64,000 nucleotides of DNA from Octopus sinensis (taxonomy: Eukaryota), in the NCBI RefSeq assembly GCF_006345805.1, contig NC_042999.1:143096001-143160000 (forward strand). Direction: 5' to 3'. How positions within the stretch are numbered: position 1 is the first letter of the stretch; each line of letters begins with the position of its first letter. This document shows positions 40,301 to 53,285 of the stretch, piece after piece. Made by a program: the position numbers and the translations under genes. The notes under the pieces are model-generated. The model was given only the letters and a program-made list of their open reading frames with translations. It was not told the DNA's origin and ran no database searches.

Positions 40301-41257
40301 TTTAATTTGTTTATCTCATAAGCATCGGTAAAGGATCAAGAACCAAATAGCTGTAAACTGCGAATTTCTACCTCGCCGTAGCGGAAGCACAACAAACAGC
40401 AGAACGTATGAGAAGGGGTAACAACATCAACCGTGATCTTGTGTCGATGGAATCAATTGTGTGTCCCCGTTTATTTCAATCGCAATATATATAAGAACCC
40501 CCCACCCACCAAAAAAAAAAAAAGAAAAAAGAAAAAACCCGGACGAATCCATATAAAACTAATACATGTCATGTGACTGATGGTTTTTAAAAACTTATAT
40601 TTAAGCAAAAATACAACACTTCTTATATATCCATTAGGAGTTCAATACACGGCAGTATCCGCCTCCTAGACAACTGTTCTGACAAAGACTGGGAGTCCAT
40701 CAAGCTTGTTTTGTGCTGAGAGTGATTTTTAGACACTTTGCAGGATGAAAAACTAAACCCATCAAAAGGCAGAGGAACTCAAGAGAGTTGACATCCATCT
40801 CATATAATCACAAGTAGATGATAGTGCTTAGCAGTCGTTGTGAAAACAATTCATGTCAGTGAAGGAAATCTCTAATAAAAACGGTTCTGTGAGGAATTGC
40901 AACCAGCTGATACTATTTTGCACAGAAGACATTAAAACATGATGCTATACTTTCGTCTAGTGGCGAATATATATGCATACATACATACATACATACATAC
41001 ATACATACATACATACATACATGCATGCATACATACATACATACATACATACATACATACATACATACAGACAGACACACAAACACACAGACACACACAA
41101 CACACAGACACACAGACACACACACACAAACACACACACACACACACACATATATATATGCATGTATGTATGCATGTAAGTGTGTGTGTGTGTGTGTTTA
41201 TATCTCTTATATCTCTATCTACTCAAACGGATCTATGCAGACATACACACGTATATG

Positions 41258-41296
<39 letters not shown>

Positions 41297-41757
41297 GCAT
41301 ACATATATGTATGAATGCAGTGATTCATCTAAACTAATGCATGCTAGCGCGAGACTAATTAGCTAGGGAGTGAATCATCAGCTCCGGGCAAAAGCAAAGA
41401 TATTGTTCTCACGTTTAAAGATCCAAATGTGTATGTATGTATGTATGCGCACAGACGCACGCACACACACACACACACACACACGCATATACACACAAAC
41501 ACCGATAATGGTACTTATAGCTTTCTATTTACATTACACACACACATGTACCTTCTTTATTTTCCTCACCGTTCTTTACGTTGGTTCTTTTATTCGCAGG
41601 TTTTTGCTGTTGACGCCACCAAAATTAACAATATTATCGTTAAAGGCATGAAATTGTTATGATATGAGTTTTGGACCACGACTGATGAGGAAAGAGCATG
41701 TCCACGTTTAATATGTGAATTTTCCGTTTCCTCAGTCGTCATTCAGTGTAGCTTTTG

Positions 41758-41833
<76 letters not shown>

Positions 41834-41834
41834 A

Positions 41835-42996
41835 TCAGGTCATCCCATAAGTTCTGTCCGATTTTACCTTTTTTAAATTAAATGAAATTTAATAGTATTT
41901 GTGAATGTCTAATGGAATTAAAAATCTAACATGGAAATATCCAAAGAGCATTTGAGGCACATAATGCTTTATGAGTACAAAAAGGGAAACTCTGCAGCCG
42001 AAGCGACTCGCAACATACACTCAGTTTATGGGAAAGAATGCTTGAATGAAAGAACTTGCAGAAGATAGTTTGCAAAATTCGTAAGTGGAGATGAAAATCG
42101 AAAGGACGTACAGTTGAGTTGATGATAAGATCTTTGAGGCATTACTTGAAGAAAATCGTGCATTATCAGTTGAAGAATTGGCAATAAAGCTTAGTTTAAA
42201 CCATACAACTGTTCATCATCATCTTCAACAACTTGGAAAGGTTCCTAAACTTAGAAAATGTGTGCCTCATGAATTATCCGAAGCAACTGCAAATCCCGAG
42301 TTCTCCATTCTCGCGAGCTCATTTCACCCTTTTTGGATAGACTTGTGACTGGTGACGAAAAATGGAATTTCTATCGAAATGTTAAACGTTGTAAACAGTG
42401 GCTTGGTAAAAGGGAAAAAGCTCCACCGCAAGCGAGAAGGGAACTTCATGGAAAAAGGTTCTTTTTCTCTATCTGGTGGGACTGAAAAGGAGTAATTCAC
42501 TTTGAATTGTTACCACCTAATGCAACAATCAATGCTCAAGTCTACTGTCAGCAATTAGAGCGTTTGAACCAAGCTTCGAAGAAAAAAGACCCGCTTTAGT
42601 GAATCGAAAAGGAGTGATGTTTCATCAGGACAAAGCGCGATCCCACACTGCAAAGATCACATCACAGAAGATCACAGAAGATTGGTTAGAAAAAATTCTT
42701 CATCCACCTTATTCTCCCGACCTTGCTCCTTCAGACTACCATTTGTTTCGTAGTTTACAGAATCATTTGGGGGACATAACTTTCGCAAGCCAGGAGGAGG
42801 TCGAAACTGACATTTCAGAGTTCTTCGCTTTGAAACCAAAAAAGTTTTACATTGATAGGATTAAAAAGCTTGTAAATAGATGGAAGGAAGTCATAAATAA
42901 TCAGGGAAGTACATTAATGATTAAATTCAATTAAATATAACATTGATCACTTGTTTTATTTATTCAAAATCCGTCACAACTTATGGGATGACTTGA
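41835..42996 (+). mobile_element. Mariner transposon (D34D), defective
   Basis: TIRs TCAGGTCATCCCATAAG, TA flanks, GDEKW / HQDKARSH / APSDYHLF with 34 residues between the last two Asp. Confidence 0.93.
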
Positions 42997-43010
42997 TATA
43001 TATTATATAT

Positions 43011-43052
<42 letters not shown>

Positions 43053-43056
<4 letters not shown>

Positions 43057-44220
43057 GTCATCCCATAAGTTCTGTCCGATTTTACCTTTTTTAAATTAAA
43101 TGAAATTTAATAGTATTTGTGAATGTCTAATGGAATTAAAAATCTAACATGGAAATATCCAAAGAGCATTTGAGGCACATAATGCTTTATGAGTACAAAA
43201 AGGGAAACTCTGCAGCCGAAGCGACTCGCAACATACACTCAGTTTATGGGAAAGAATGCTTGAATGAAAGAACTTGCAGAAGATAGTTTGCAAAATTCGT
43301 AAGTGGAGATGAAAATCGAAAGGACGTACAGTTGAGTTTGATGATAAGATCTTTGAGGCATTACTTGAAGAAAATCGTGCATTATCAGTTGAAGAATTGG
43401 CAATAAAGCTTAGTTTAAACCATACAACTGTTCATCATCATCTTCAACAACTTGGAAAGGTTCCTAAACTTAGAAAATGTGTGCCTCATGAATTATCCGA
43501 AAGCAACTGCAAATCCCGAGTTCTCCATTCTCGCGAGCTCATTTCACCCTTTTTGGATAGACTTGTGACTGGTGACGAAAAATGGAATTTCTATCGAAAT
43601 GTTAAACGTTGTAAACAGTGGCTTGGTAAAAGGGAAAAAGCTCCACCGCAAGCGAGAAGGGAACTTCATGGGAAAAAGGTTCTTTTTCTCTATCTGGTGG
43701 GACTGAAAAGGAGTAATTCACTTTGAATTGTTACCACCTAATGCAACAATCAATGCTCAAGTCTACTGTCAGCAATTAGAGCGTTTGAACCAAGCTTCGA
43801 AGAAAAAAGACCCGCTTTAGTGAATCGAAAAGGAGTGATGTTTCATCAGGACAAAGCGCGATCCCACACTGCAAAGATCACATCACAGAAGATCACAGAA
43901 GATTGGTTAGAAAAAATTCTTCATCCACCTTATTCTCCCGACCTTGCTCCTTCAGACTACCATTTGTTTCGTAGTTTACAGAATCATTTGGGGGACATAA
44001 CTTTCGCAAGCCAGGAGGAGGTCGAAACTGACATTTCAGAGTTCTTCGCTTTGAAACCAAAAAAGTTTTACATTGATAGGATTAAAAAGCTTGTAAATAG
44101 ATGGAAGGAAGTCATAAATAATCAGGGAAAGTACATTAATGATTAAATTTCAATTAAATATAACATTTGATCACTTGTTTTATTTATTCAAAATTCCGTC
44201 ACAACTTATGGGATGACTTG

Positions 44221-44221
<1 letters not shown>
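43053..44221 (+). mobile_element. Second, near-identical tandem copy of the mariner
   Basis: Same TIRs and same lesions as 41835-42996, separated by about 55 bp of (TA)n. Confidence 0.93.
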
Positions 44222-44284
<63 letters not shown>

Positions 44285-44294
44285 CATATACATA

Positions 44295-46157
44295 CAGGGG
44301 TTGGACAAAATAATGGAAACACCTAGCATCATAGCATCATAATTTTAAAATATCTATAAAACCGTCAAAAGCTTGTTTTTTAAAATGTTTTTTGAGTTAT
44401 TATAAGTGTCTGAACTGAGCTTGCGCAAGACATCATTTGTGAAGCAAGGTGTGCGGCCAAAGAGACGGAAACCTCGATAGGCCGAGGACAGAAAATGGGA
44501 GGTGTTCGTGGACAAGTCATTCATTGCTTGAAAGCATCGTTGTGTCATCACTCCGGCCCGACCTAGTTTTGGTAGATGAGGGTCAGAGACGTGTGATCCT
44601 TGCGGAGCTTACTGTGCCATGGGCGGAGAGCATTGCTGAGGCCCATAAACGGAAGCTGTTGGGCTATGAAGAGCTGATAGCTGAGATTCGGGAGAAGGGT
44701 TACATCTGTGAGCTGGTTGCATTCGAGGTCGGCTGCAGGGGTTTCCCAGCAACTTCTCTCAGAAGGTTTCTGAAGGTGGCTGGTGTGTCTGCTGTGAGGA
44801 AGACCATCAAGGAATGTGGGGAGAAAGCAATTGAGGGTAGCGCGTGAATTACCAGGAGGTTTATGAATGCGGATAAGGCCACAGAACTGTCATGAGTCTG
44901 GTTGCAACGCAATACGTCCAGCTGTTGCCGGTCCACCGTGCGGAGAGATACTGAGCTTGAAGTACGATAATTGCAGCCGGAGGAAAAATGGAACATTCTG
45001 TGTTTTCTTTTAGTTTTGCTTAATATGTTTTGCTAAAATTGCTGTTTCTTTTCAAATATCATCAGAAGAAGGTAATTAAAATTCATTAAAATGACAGATC
45101 TATCAGACTTTCAAAGAGGTCAAATTGTTGGTGCTCGTATGGCAGGCGCTAGCGTAACGAAAACAGCCAAAATGTTTGGTGTATCAAGAAGTACTGTCAC
45201 GAAAGTAATGACAGCCTTTGAGAAAGAGAGGAAAACCTCCTCATCGAAACAAAACTCCAGAAGAAAACCAAAACTTTCAGGTAGGGACCGTCGGACTCTT
45301 ACGTGAATTGTTAGAAAGGATCACGAAAGTGCAACTACCAAAATTACCGCAGAGCTTAATGACCACCTCGAGGACCCAGTTTCCACAAAAACTGTTCACC
45401 GGAACCTGCACAAAGCCAGATTTCACGGGAGGGCTGCAATCAGAAAACCAAGTCTTGCAAAACAAACGTTGCAAAGCGTTTAGACCTACAGAACTGGTCC
45501 CTGGAGCAGTGGAAATATGTTATTTTTCGGACGAGTCATCCTTTACTTTATTTCCGACCACCGGCCGAGTATACGTATGGAGACAGCCAAAAGAAGCATT
45601 TGACACAGACTGCCTTCTTCCAACCGTTAAACATGGGGGAGGATCTGTGATGATCTGGGGGGGGGGGGGCTATATCTTGGAAATCCGCCAGCCCAGTAGT
45701 TTCCCTTCATGGCAGAATTAATAGTCAAGACTAAGCCTTTTATCTGATCAAATTCATCCTATGGTTGCGGAACTGTTTCCGGAGGGAAACGCAATCTTTC
45801 AGGATGACAATGCACCAATTCACAAAGCCAAAGTTGTTACTGAATGACACGAGGAACATTCTAGTGAAGTTGAACATCTTATCTGGCCACCACAGTATGC
45901 CAGATCTCAATATTATCGAACATTTATGATGCATTTTAGAAAAACAAGGAATCGGTATCCCTCACCATCATTACAAGAACAGGAGACTGTTTTAGCTGAA
46001 GAATGGACAAAAATTCCTTTGGAAACAATTCAGACTTTGTGCGAGTCCATACCTCGTGGAATTGAAGCTGCAATTACTGCCAAAGGCGGTCCTACTCCAT
46101 ATTAAAATAAATTTGTCTGAAATTTTAAGGTGTTTCTATTATTTTGTCCAACCCCTG
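44295..46157 (+). mobile_element. Tc1-family transposon (DD34E), defective
   Basis: TIRs CAGGGGTTGGACAAAATAAT(G/A)GAAACACC with TA duplication. Transposase 45091-46105: MTDLSDFQRGQIVGAR, FSDES, KHGGGSVMIWG, FQDDNAPIHK, PDLNIIEHL, GGPTPY*. Confidence 0.92.
44440..44900 (+). pseudogene. HERO-like non-LTR retrotransposon 3' fragment (restriction-like endonuclease) inside the Tc1 5' region
   Basis: SLRPDLVLVDEGQRRVILAELTVPWAESIAEAHKRKLLGYEEL..FEVGCRGF. Confidence 0.8.
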
Positions 46158-46182
46158 TATATATATATATATATTTATATAT

Positions 46183-46925
46183 AAAAATTAAGGGTAGAAA
46201 TTGATATTAGTCAATTAAAACCAGTGGTCTAGCACATTAAAAAGAATCCGAAGATTAAAATATTTATATATACCAATTAAGGACTGAACACGAAAAGGTG
46301 GACAGTCAACATGCTAGATATAGACGTCAAATCGCCATTCTCCACAAGGATTATGTTCTCAAATAAAAATAAAATTCAGCACGACCTAAAGCAATGGATG
46401 AGACAAAAGAAATATACTAAATGGAATAATTACCTACGTACTGCAGTTTCAGCTATTAATATCTGAAATTGGTTTTAATTGACTAATATCAATTTCTACC
46501 CTTAATTTTTAAATATGAAATATATGTTCTCAAACCGATAAATTGACTGCTGCTAATTATTGGCTGCAGGCTAGTTTTTCGATTATCAGCGCGCCAAAAG
46601 TAGAGGCATTCGAAAGATACATCCGAACGTAATAGGTTGTACTTTTTGCATGCGGGACTCCGGTACCGTTTTTCATCTAGTACAGCATATTATGCTCATA
46701 ACAAACTACGCTGATGAAGCTACAGATATCCTTGTGATATTAATAGCTGAAACTGCAGTACGTAGGTATTATTCCATTTAGTATATTTCTTTTGTCTCAT
46801 CCATTGCTTTAGGTCGTGCTGAATTTTATTTTTATTTGAGAACATAATCCTTGTGGAGAATGGCGATTTGACGTCTATATCTAGCATGTTGACTGTCACC
46901 TTTTCGTGTTCAGTCCTTAATTGGT
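46183..46925. mobile_element. ORF-less hammerhead-bearing unit in inverted arrangement (retrozyme-like / PLE pseudo-LTR derivative)
   Basis: 46267-46463 is mirrored at about 46735-46925, and 46183-46222 is mirrored at 46471-46510. (TA)n flanks. Confidence 0.82.
46706..46765 (+). ncRNA. Type I hammerhead ribozyme, canonical core
   Basis: CTACG-CTGATGA-AGCTA..TAGCT-GAAA-CTGCAG-TA-CGTAG. Perfect stems I and II, palindromic ACTGCAGT, GUA cleavage after 46760. Confidence 0.9.
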
Positions 46926-46930
46926 ATATA

Positions 46931-46985
<55 letters not shown>

Positions 46986-47425
46986 GTATACACACACACA
47001 CACACACACCACACACACACACACACTCACACACACACCACACACACACATATATATATATACATACATATATATATATTTGGTTGTGTGTAAGTATGTA
47101 AGTATATACATACTATTTTCCTCTCATTCTGGTCTAACGAACCTCTATGTTTGTTTTCGTTCGGTTTCCTTGTATGTCTCCACTGTCATGTTTTCGTTCC
47201 CAACTCTGACCGTCAAAAAATCCTAAATTCTATTTTAGAATTTATGGGAGCAACTGTCTTTGAAGACTCACATTGTCGCTGAATGCTCGAAATGAGGAGT
47301 AGATAGACAGCCAACAACTGACGAAGGATCCGTTCTTTGTCTTTACTTGTCCTATTATCCATTTTTTTTCTCTCGTTGTTTTCGTATTTCATGTTATTTG
47401 CACCGTTGATGATGTCCTGTACCCA

Positions 47426-47526
<101 letters not shown>

Positions 47527-47554
47527 TATATATATCTATATATATATATATATA

Positions 47555-48915
47555 TTTGTAAAAAATGAAGTTCGAAAATGCTGCTATATTATACAATTTT
47601 TAATTTTTATATATACATTATAACATGTTTCAGTTCCTGAAATGAACCTTATCAAAAAAAGTTATATATAAAAAAAGACAGCTCATGCCGTCAAACACAA
47701 GAAATTCATTTATAATACACAATGGAGTCAGACATCTTAGAGTTCATGTATAGTTGATATATAGTTTGAAGTAAGTTCATTCATGCTATATGTTCAAAGT
47801 GTTCGATGCAGTGGCCCACGGTGGCGATACGTATTCAATACAAAAAACAGATCAAAGTGGTGGAAAGCAGTCAATACAGAAGATTGATGTTTCCGAAAGA
47901 GCGAGGAATTCATTTTTACCTTAAGCAATTGTGATGACCCATGGTGGGTGTTCGCTGGGTGGTTCTAGTGAGTCTTGTGAATTGCTCGGTTTTATAATGC
48001 CTGTTAGGTGGTCAGTCCAGCGTAGCGTGACGTCATCAACGTTTTGACCAATCGTTTCGTTAGGTGGCTTTAGTCAAGCAGAACGGGACGTCATCATCAT
48101 TTTGACCAATCGCTGTATTATAACTGCCTCTTGTCTGTTTCCTGTTTTGACCAGTTCGCTTCGTTAGGTGCTTAGTCAAGCAGAACGGGACGTCATCCAG
48201 ATTCTGCCCAATCACGACTTATAGCTACATAGATCTGCCCCCCTTCTGTACGTTTGGTGACTAGTCAAGCAGAAAAGGACGTCATCAATATTCTGACTAA
48301 TGACTGTCCCCTGTTTGTATCCTGTCCATTCTAGTAGAACTAGACGTCATCAACGTGTTGACCAATCAGAATCGGGTCTGACCCATAGCTATATCGTATG
48401 TATCAGGGTCAGATTTGCACGAAAGAATTTTTTTCCCTTTTTTACTAAGGCATATTTCCGTCAGTGCGAGTGTCTGTTTAAGGTAGCGGCCGTGGTGCAA
48501 TTTTGCTTCTTCTTTTCGGAGGACTTATCTTTTGTTTTAGTATTCCTGGCCCAGGGTGTTTAAACTTGGTCTAAATTTTTTTATGAAATATAGTTCTTTA
48601 TTTTGGCGTTGTGTGAAGGTTGCGTTGTCACTGAATTTATAGAGCGGGTTAGTTGTAAATTTCGGATTTACATTTCCAGCACATCTATCTATGTGTCCGC
48701 TGACCGGTATTTTGCGGTAATCAGGGTTTCTAATTGTGATTTATGCACCGCCATCCTGTTCGTAAGCCATTTTTTGTATGGCCTATATACTGCCTATTGC
48801 AGCCTGCGCATGTATGACGTAAATTAAGTTTTCTGATGCGCACGTGAAGTTTGTTCTAATGTGAACTGGTGGCCTTGTTCCAGTATAAATTCTGATCCTT
48901 CTTTCAAGATGACAC
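47555..48915 (-). mobile_element. Neptune-like PLE family B 3' end (GIY-YIG C-terminus plus 3' UTR)
   Basis: Minus strand about 48915-48540, across frameshifts: C.ILKEGSEF..FTCASENLIYVI.CAGCNRQYIGHTK..RMAVHKSQ..PDYRKIPVSGHIDRCA..FIKKFRPSLN. Confidence 0.8.
47617..47660 (-). ncRNA. Hammerhead variant with U3-A8 core
   Basis: TTGATAA-GGTTC-atttcag-GAACT-GAAA-CATG-TT. Stem I is weak. Confidence 0.5.
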
Positions 48916-48960
48916 AGATATATATATATATATATAATATATTATATATAATATATATAT

Positions 48961-49004
<44 letters not shown>

Positions 49005-49192
49005 ATACTAAGCAATAAGGTTTAGCAACGAGTTGCCTTACCACATACCGAATTTAGAAATAGCAGTCAAAGGGTTATAGCTATTTCTTCTACTAAAAAG
49101 GGAGATCCCAGTAAAAACAGCATTTGGAAGGCAGACACAAACAGGTAAGAGAGAATGAATTGACTGCAATCTATCATACATTTTTTTAGTTA

Positions 49193-49305
49193 TCCACGGA
49201 CGTACGTTTCGAAATCAAGTTTTAAGGAAAGCATAAGAATTAAATATTAAATATTAAATAATAAATAATTCTATCTTACCGAACTTCTTTTCTCTTCAGC
49301 GTAGA
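49193..49305 (-). ncRNA. Type I hammerhead ribozyme (array, left arm copy 1)
   Basis: Minus strand TCTACG-CTGAAGA-GAAA..TTTC-GAAA-CGTACG-TC/CGTGGA. Cleavage between 49199 and 49198. Confidence 0.85.
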
Positions 49306-49794
49306 ATACTATAATCATAAATGATTATATATTGAATTTTGAGATACCAGAAGGCACCAACTCCACTCAGTATCAGAGCGAGCTAGAATCCGCAACGGTA
49401 TCACCGAATTCAATTTGTGAATGAAACGATTGTGTCACAGCCCCTTCCCACCCGCGTGTAGCCAAAACAAGATGCTGTGGTCATCTACTGAGATAAAATA
49501 TGGTTATCCGTAATAATGAAGGGTGAAATTAATTAATTTGGAAAAATTATCATTACACCAGTAGTAGTCTTCGGCATGTAAAAGCCTCATTCGAGAAAAT
49601 TTAAGTAATACTAAGCAATAAGGGTTTAGCAACGAGTTGCCTTCCACATACCGAATTTAGAAATAGCAGTCAAAGGGTTATAGCTATTTCTTCTACTAAA
49701 AAGGGAGATCCCAGTAAAAACAGCATTTGGAGGCAGACACAAACAGGTAAGAGAGAATGAATTGACTGCAATCTATCATACATTTTTTTAGTTA

Positions 49795-49910
49795 TCCACG
49801 GACGTACGTTCGAAATCAAGTTTTAAGGAAAGCATAAGAATTAATATTAACTATTAATAATAAATAATTCTATCTATCTACCGAAAACTTCTTTTCTCTC
49901 TCAGCGTAGA
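49795..49910 (-). ncRNA. Hammerhead copy with indels in the core (left arm copy 2)
   Basis: Reads CTGAGAGA and GAA instead of CTGAAGA and GAAA; mutation or read error. Confidence 0.5.
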
Positions 49911-50401
49911 ATACTATAATCATAAATGATTATATATTGAATTTTGAGATACCAGAAGGCACCAACTCCACTCAGTATCAGAGCGAGCTAGAATCCGCAA
50001 CTGGTATCACCGATTCAATTTGTGAATGAACGATTGTGTCAACAGCCCCTTCCCACCCGCGTGTAGCCAAAACAAGATGCTGTGGTCATCTACTGAGATA
50101 AAATATGGTTATCCGTAATAATGAAGGGTGAAATTAATTAATTTGGAAAAATTATCAATTACACCAAGTAGTCTTCGGCATGTAAAAGCCTCATTCGAGG
50201 AAAATTTAAGTAATACTAAGCAATAAGGGTTTAGCAACGAGTTGCCTTACCACATACCGAATTTAGAAATAGCAGTCAAAGGGTTATAGCTATTTCTTCT
50301 ACTAAAAAGGGAGATCCCAGTAAAAACAGCATTTGGAAGGCAGACACAAACAGGTAAGAGAGAATGAATTGACTGCAATCTATCATACATTTTTTTAGTT
50401 A

Positions 50402-50515
50402 TCCACGGACGTACGTTTCGAAATCAAGTTTTAAGGAAAGCATAAGAATTAAATATTAAATATTAAATAATAAATAATTCTATCTTACCGAAACTTCTTT
50501 TCTCTTCAGCGTAGA
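50402..50515 (-). ncRNA. Type I hammerhead ribozyme (left arm copy 3)
   Basis: Intact core. Cleavage between 50408 and 50407. Confidence 0.85.
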
Positions 50516-51356
50516 ATACTATAATCATAAATGATTATATATTGAATTTTGAGATACCAGAAGGCACCAACTCCACTCAGTATCAGAGCGAGCTAGAATC
50601 CGCAACTGGTATCACCGAATTCAATTTGTGAATGAAACGATTGTGTCACAGCAGCCCCTTCCCACCCGCGTGTAGCCAAAACAAGATGCTGTGGTCATCT
50701 ACTGAGATAAAATATGGTTATCCGTAATAATGAAGGGTGAAATTAATTAATTTGGAAAAATTATCAATTACACCAAGTAGTCTTCGGCATGTAAAAGCCT
50801 CATTCGAGGAAAATTTAAGTAATACTAAGCAATAAGGGTTTAGCAACGAGTTGCCTTACCACGTGGATAACTAAAAAAATGTATGATAGATTGCAGTCAA
50901 TTCATTCTCTCTTACCTGTTTGTGTCTGCCTTCCAAATGCTGTTTTTACTGGGATCTCCCTTTTTAGTAGAAGAAATAGCTATAACCCTTTGACTGCTAT
51001 TTCTAAATTCGGTATGTGGTAAGGCAACTCGTTGCTAACCCTTATTGCTTAGTATTACTTAAATTTTCCTCGATGAGGCTTTTACATGCCGAAGACTACT
51101 TGGTGTAATTGATAATTTTCCAATTAATTAATTTCACCCTTCATTATTACGGATAACCATATTTTATCTCAGTAGATGACCACAGCATCTTGTTTTGGCT
51201 ACACGCGGGTGGGAAGGGGCTGTTGACACAATCGTTTCATTCACAAATTGAATTCGGTGATACCAGTTGCGGATTCTAGCTCGCTCTGATACTGAGTGGA
51301 GTTGGTGCCTTCTGGTATCTCAAAATTCAATATATAATCATTTATGATTATAGTAT

Positions 51357-51465
51357 TCTACGCTGAAGAGAAAAAGTTTCGTAAGATAGAATTATTTATT
51401 ATTTAATATTAATTTTTATTCTTATGCTTTCCTTAAAACTTGATTTCGAAACGTACGTCCGTGAT
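51357..51465 (+). ncRNA. Type I hammerhead ribozyme (right arm copy 1)
   Basis: CTGAAGA at 51363-51369; GAAACGTACGTC with cleavage after 51459. One G missing in the 3' strand of stem I. Confidence 0.78.
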
Positions 51466-51960
51466 AACTAAAAAAATGTATGATAGATTGCAGTCAATTC
51501 ATTCTCTCTTACTGTTTGTGTCTGCCTTCCAAATGCGGTTTTTACTGGGATCTCCCTTTTTAGTAGAAGAAATAGCTATAACCCTTTGACTGCTATTTCT
51601 AAATTCGGTATGTGTAAGGCAACTCGTTGCTAAACCCTTATTGCTTAGTATTACTTAATTTCCTCGAATGAGGCTTTTCATGCCGAAGACTACTTGGTGT
51701 ATTGATAATTTTTCCAAATTAATTAATTTCACCCTCATTATTACGGATAACCATTTTTATCTCAGTAATGACCACAGCATCTTGTTTTGGCTACACGCGG
51801 GGGGAAGGGCTGGTGACACAATCGTTTCATTCACAAATTGAATGGGGTCAATTGGATTCGGTGATACCAGTTGCGGATTCTAGCTCGCTCTGATACTGAG
51901 TGGAGTTGGTGCCTTCTGGTATCTCAAAATTCAATATATAATCATTTATGATTATAGTAT

Positions 51961-52073
51961 TCTACGCTGAAGAGAAAAGAAGTTTCGGTAAGATAGAATT
52001 ATTTATTATTTAATATTTAATATTTAATTCTTATGCTTTCCTTAAAACTTGATTTCGAACGTACGTCCGTGGA
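51961..52073 (+). ncRNA. Hammerhead (right arm copy 2, one A missing in GAAA)
   Basis: CTGAAGA at 51967-51973; GAACGTACGTC, site after 52067. Confidence 0.6.
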
Positions 52074-52567
52074 TAACTAAAAAAATGTATGATAGATTGC
52101 AGTCAATTCATTCTCTCTTACCTGTTTGTGTCTGCCTTCCAATGCTGTTTTTACTGGGATCTCCCTTTTTAGTAGAAGAAATAGCTATACCCTTTGACTG
52201 CTATTTCTAAATTCGTATGTGGTAAGGCAACTCGTTGCTAAACCCTTATTGCTTAGTATTACTTTACTTAAATTTTCCTCGAATGAGGCTTTTACATGCC
52301 GAAGACTACTTGGTGTAATTGATAATTTTTCCAAATTAATTAATTTCACCCTTCATTATTACGGATAACCATATTTTATCTCAGTAGATGACCACAGCAT
52401 CTTGTTTTGGCTACACGCGGGTGGGAAGGGGCTGTGACACAATCGTTTCATCATTCACAAATTGAATTCGGTGATACCAGTTGCGATTCTAGCTCGCTCT
52501 GATCTGAGTGAGTTGGTTTGCCTTCTGGTATCTCAAAATTCAATATAAATCATTTATGATTATAGTA

Positions 52568-52681
52568 TCTACGCTGAAGAGAAAAGAAGTTTCGGTAAGA
52601 TAGAATTATTTATTATTTAATATTTAATATTTAATTCTTATGCTTTCCTTAAAACTTGATTTCGAAACGTACGTCCGTGGA
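52568..52681 (+). ncRNA. Type I hammerhead ribozyme (right arm copy 3)
   Basis: CTGAAGA at 52574-52580; intact GAAACGTACGTC/CGTGGA, site after 52675. Confidence 0.85.
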
Positions 52682-53173
52682 TAACTAAAAAAATGTATGA
52701 TAGATTGCAGTCAATTCATTCTCTCTTACCTGTTTTGTCTGCCTTCCAAATGCTGTTTTTACTGGGATCTCCCTTTTTAGTAGAAGAAATAGCTATAACC
52801 CTTGACTGCTATTTCTAAATTCGGTATGTGGTAAGGCAACTCGTTGCTAAACCCTTATTGCTTAGTATTACTTAAATTTTCCTCGAATGAGGCTTTTACA
52901 TGCCGAAGACTACTTGGTGTAATTGATAATTTTTCCAAATTAATTAATTTCACCCTTCATTATTACGGATAACCATATTTTTTCTCTCAGTAGATGACCA
53001 CAGCATCTTGTTTTGGCTACACGCGGGTGGGAAGGGGCTGTTGACACAATCGTTTCATTCACAAATTGAATTCGGTGATACCAGTTGCGGATTCTAGCTC
53101 GCTCTGATACTGAGTGGAGTTGGTGCCTTCTGGTATCTCAAAATTCAATATATAATCATTTATGATTTAGTAT

Positions 53174-53285
53174 TCTACGCTGAAGAGAAAAGAAGTTTCG
53201 GTAAGATAGAATTATTTATTATTTAATATTTATATTTAATTCTTATGCTTCCTTAAAACTTGATTTCGAAACGTACGTCCGTGGA
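53174..53285 (+). ncRNA. Type I hammerhead ribozyme (right arm copy 4)
   Basis: CTGAAGA at 53180-53186; site after 53279. Confidence 0.85.

Noticed and set aside
47285-47330. CTGACGA preceded by GAAA (possible type II hammerhead)
   Set aside because: No pairing for stems I or III could be found.
51060-51110. Second hammerhead-like motif in the array unit (CTCGAATGA-GGC..GCC-GAAGAC)
   Set aside because: It lacks CUGANGA and GAAA, and has no NUH site with a matching stem I; probably just hairpins.
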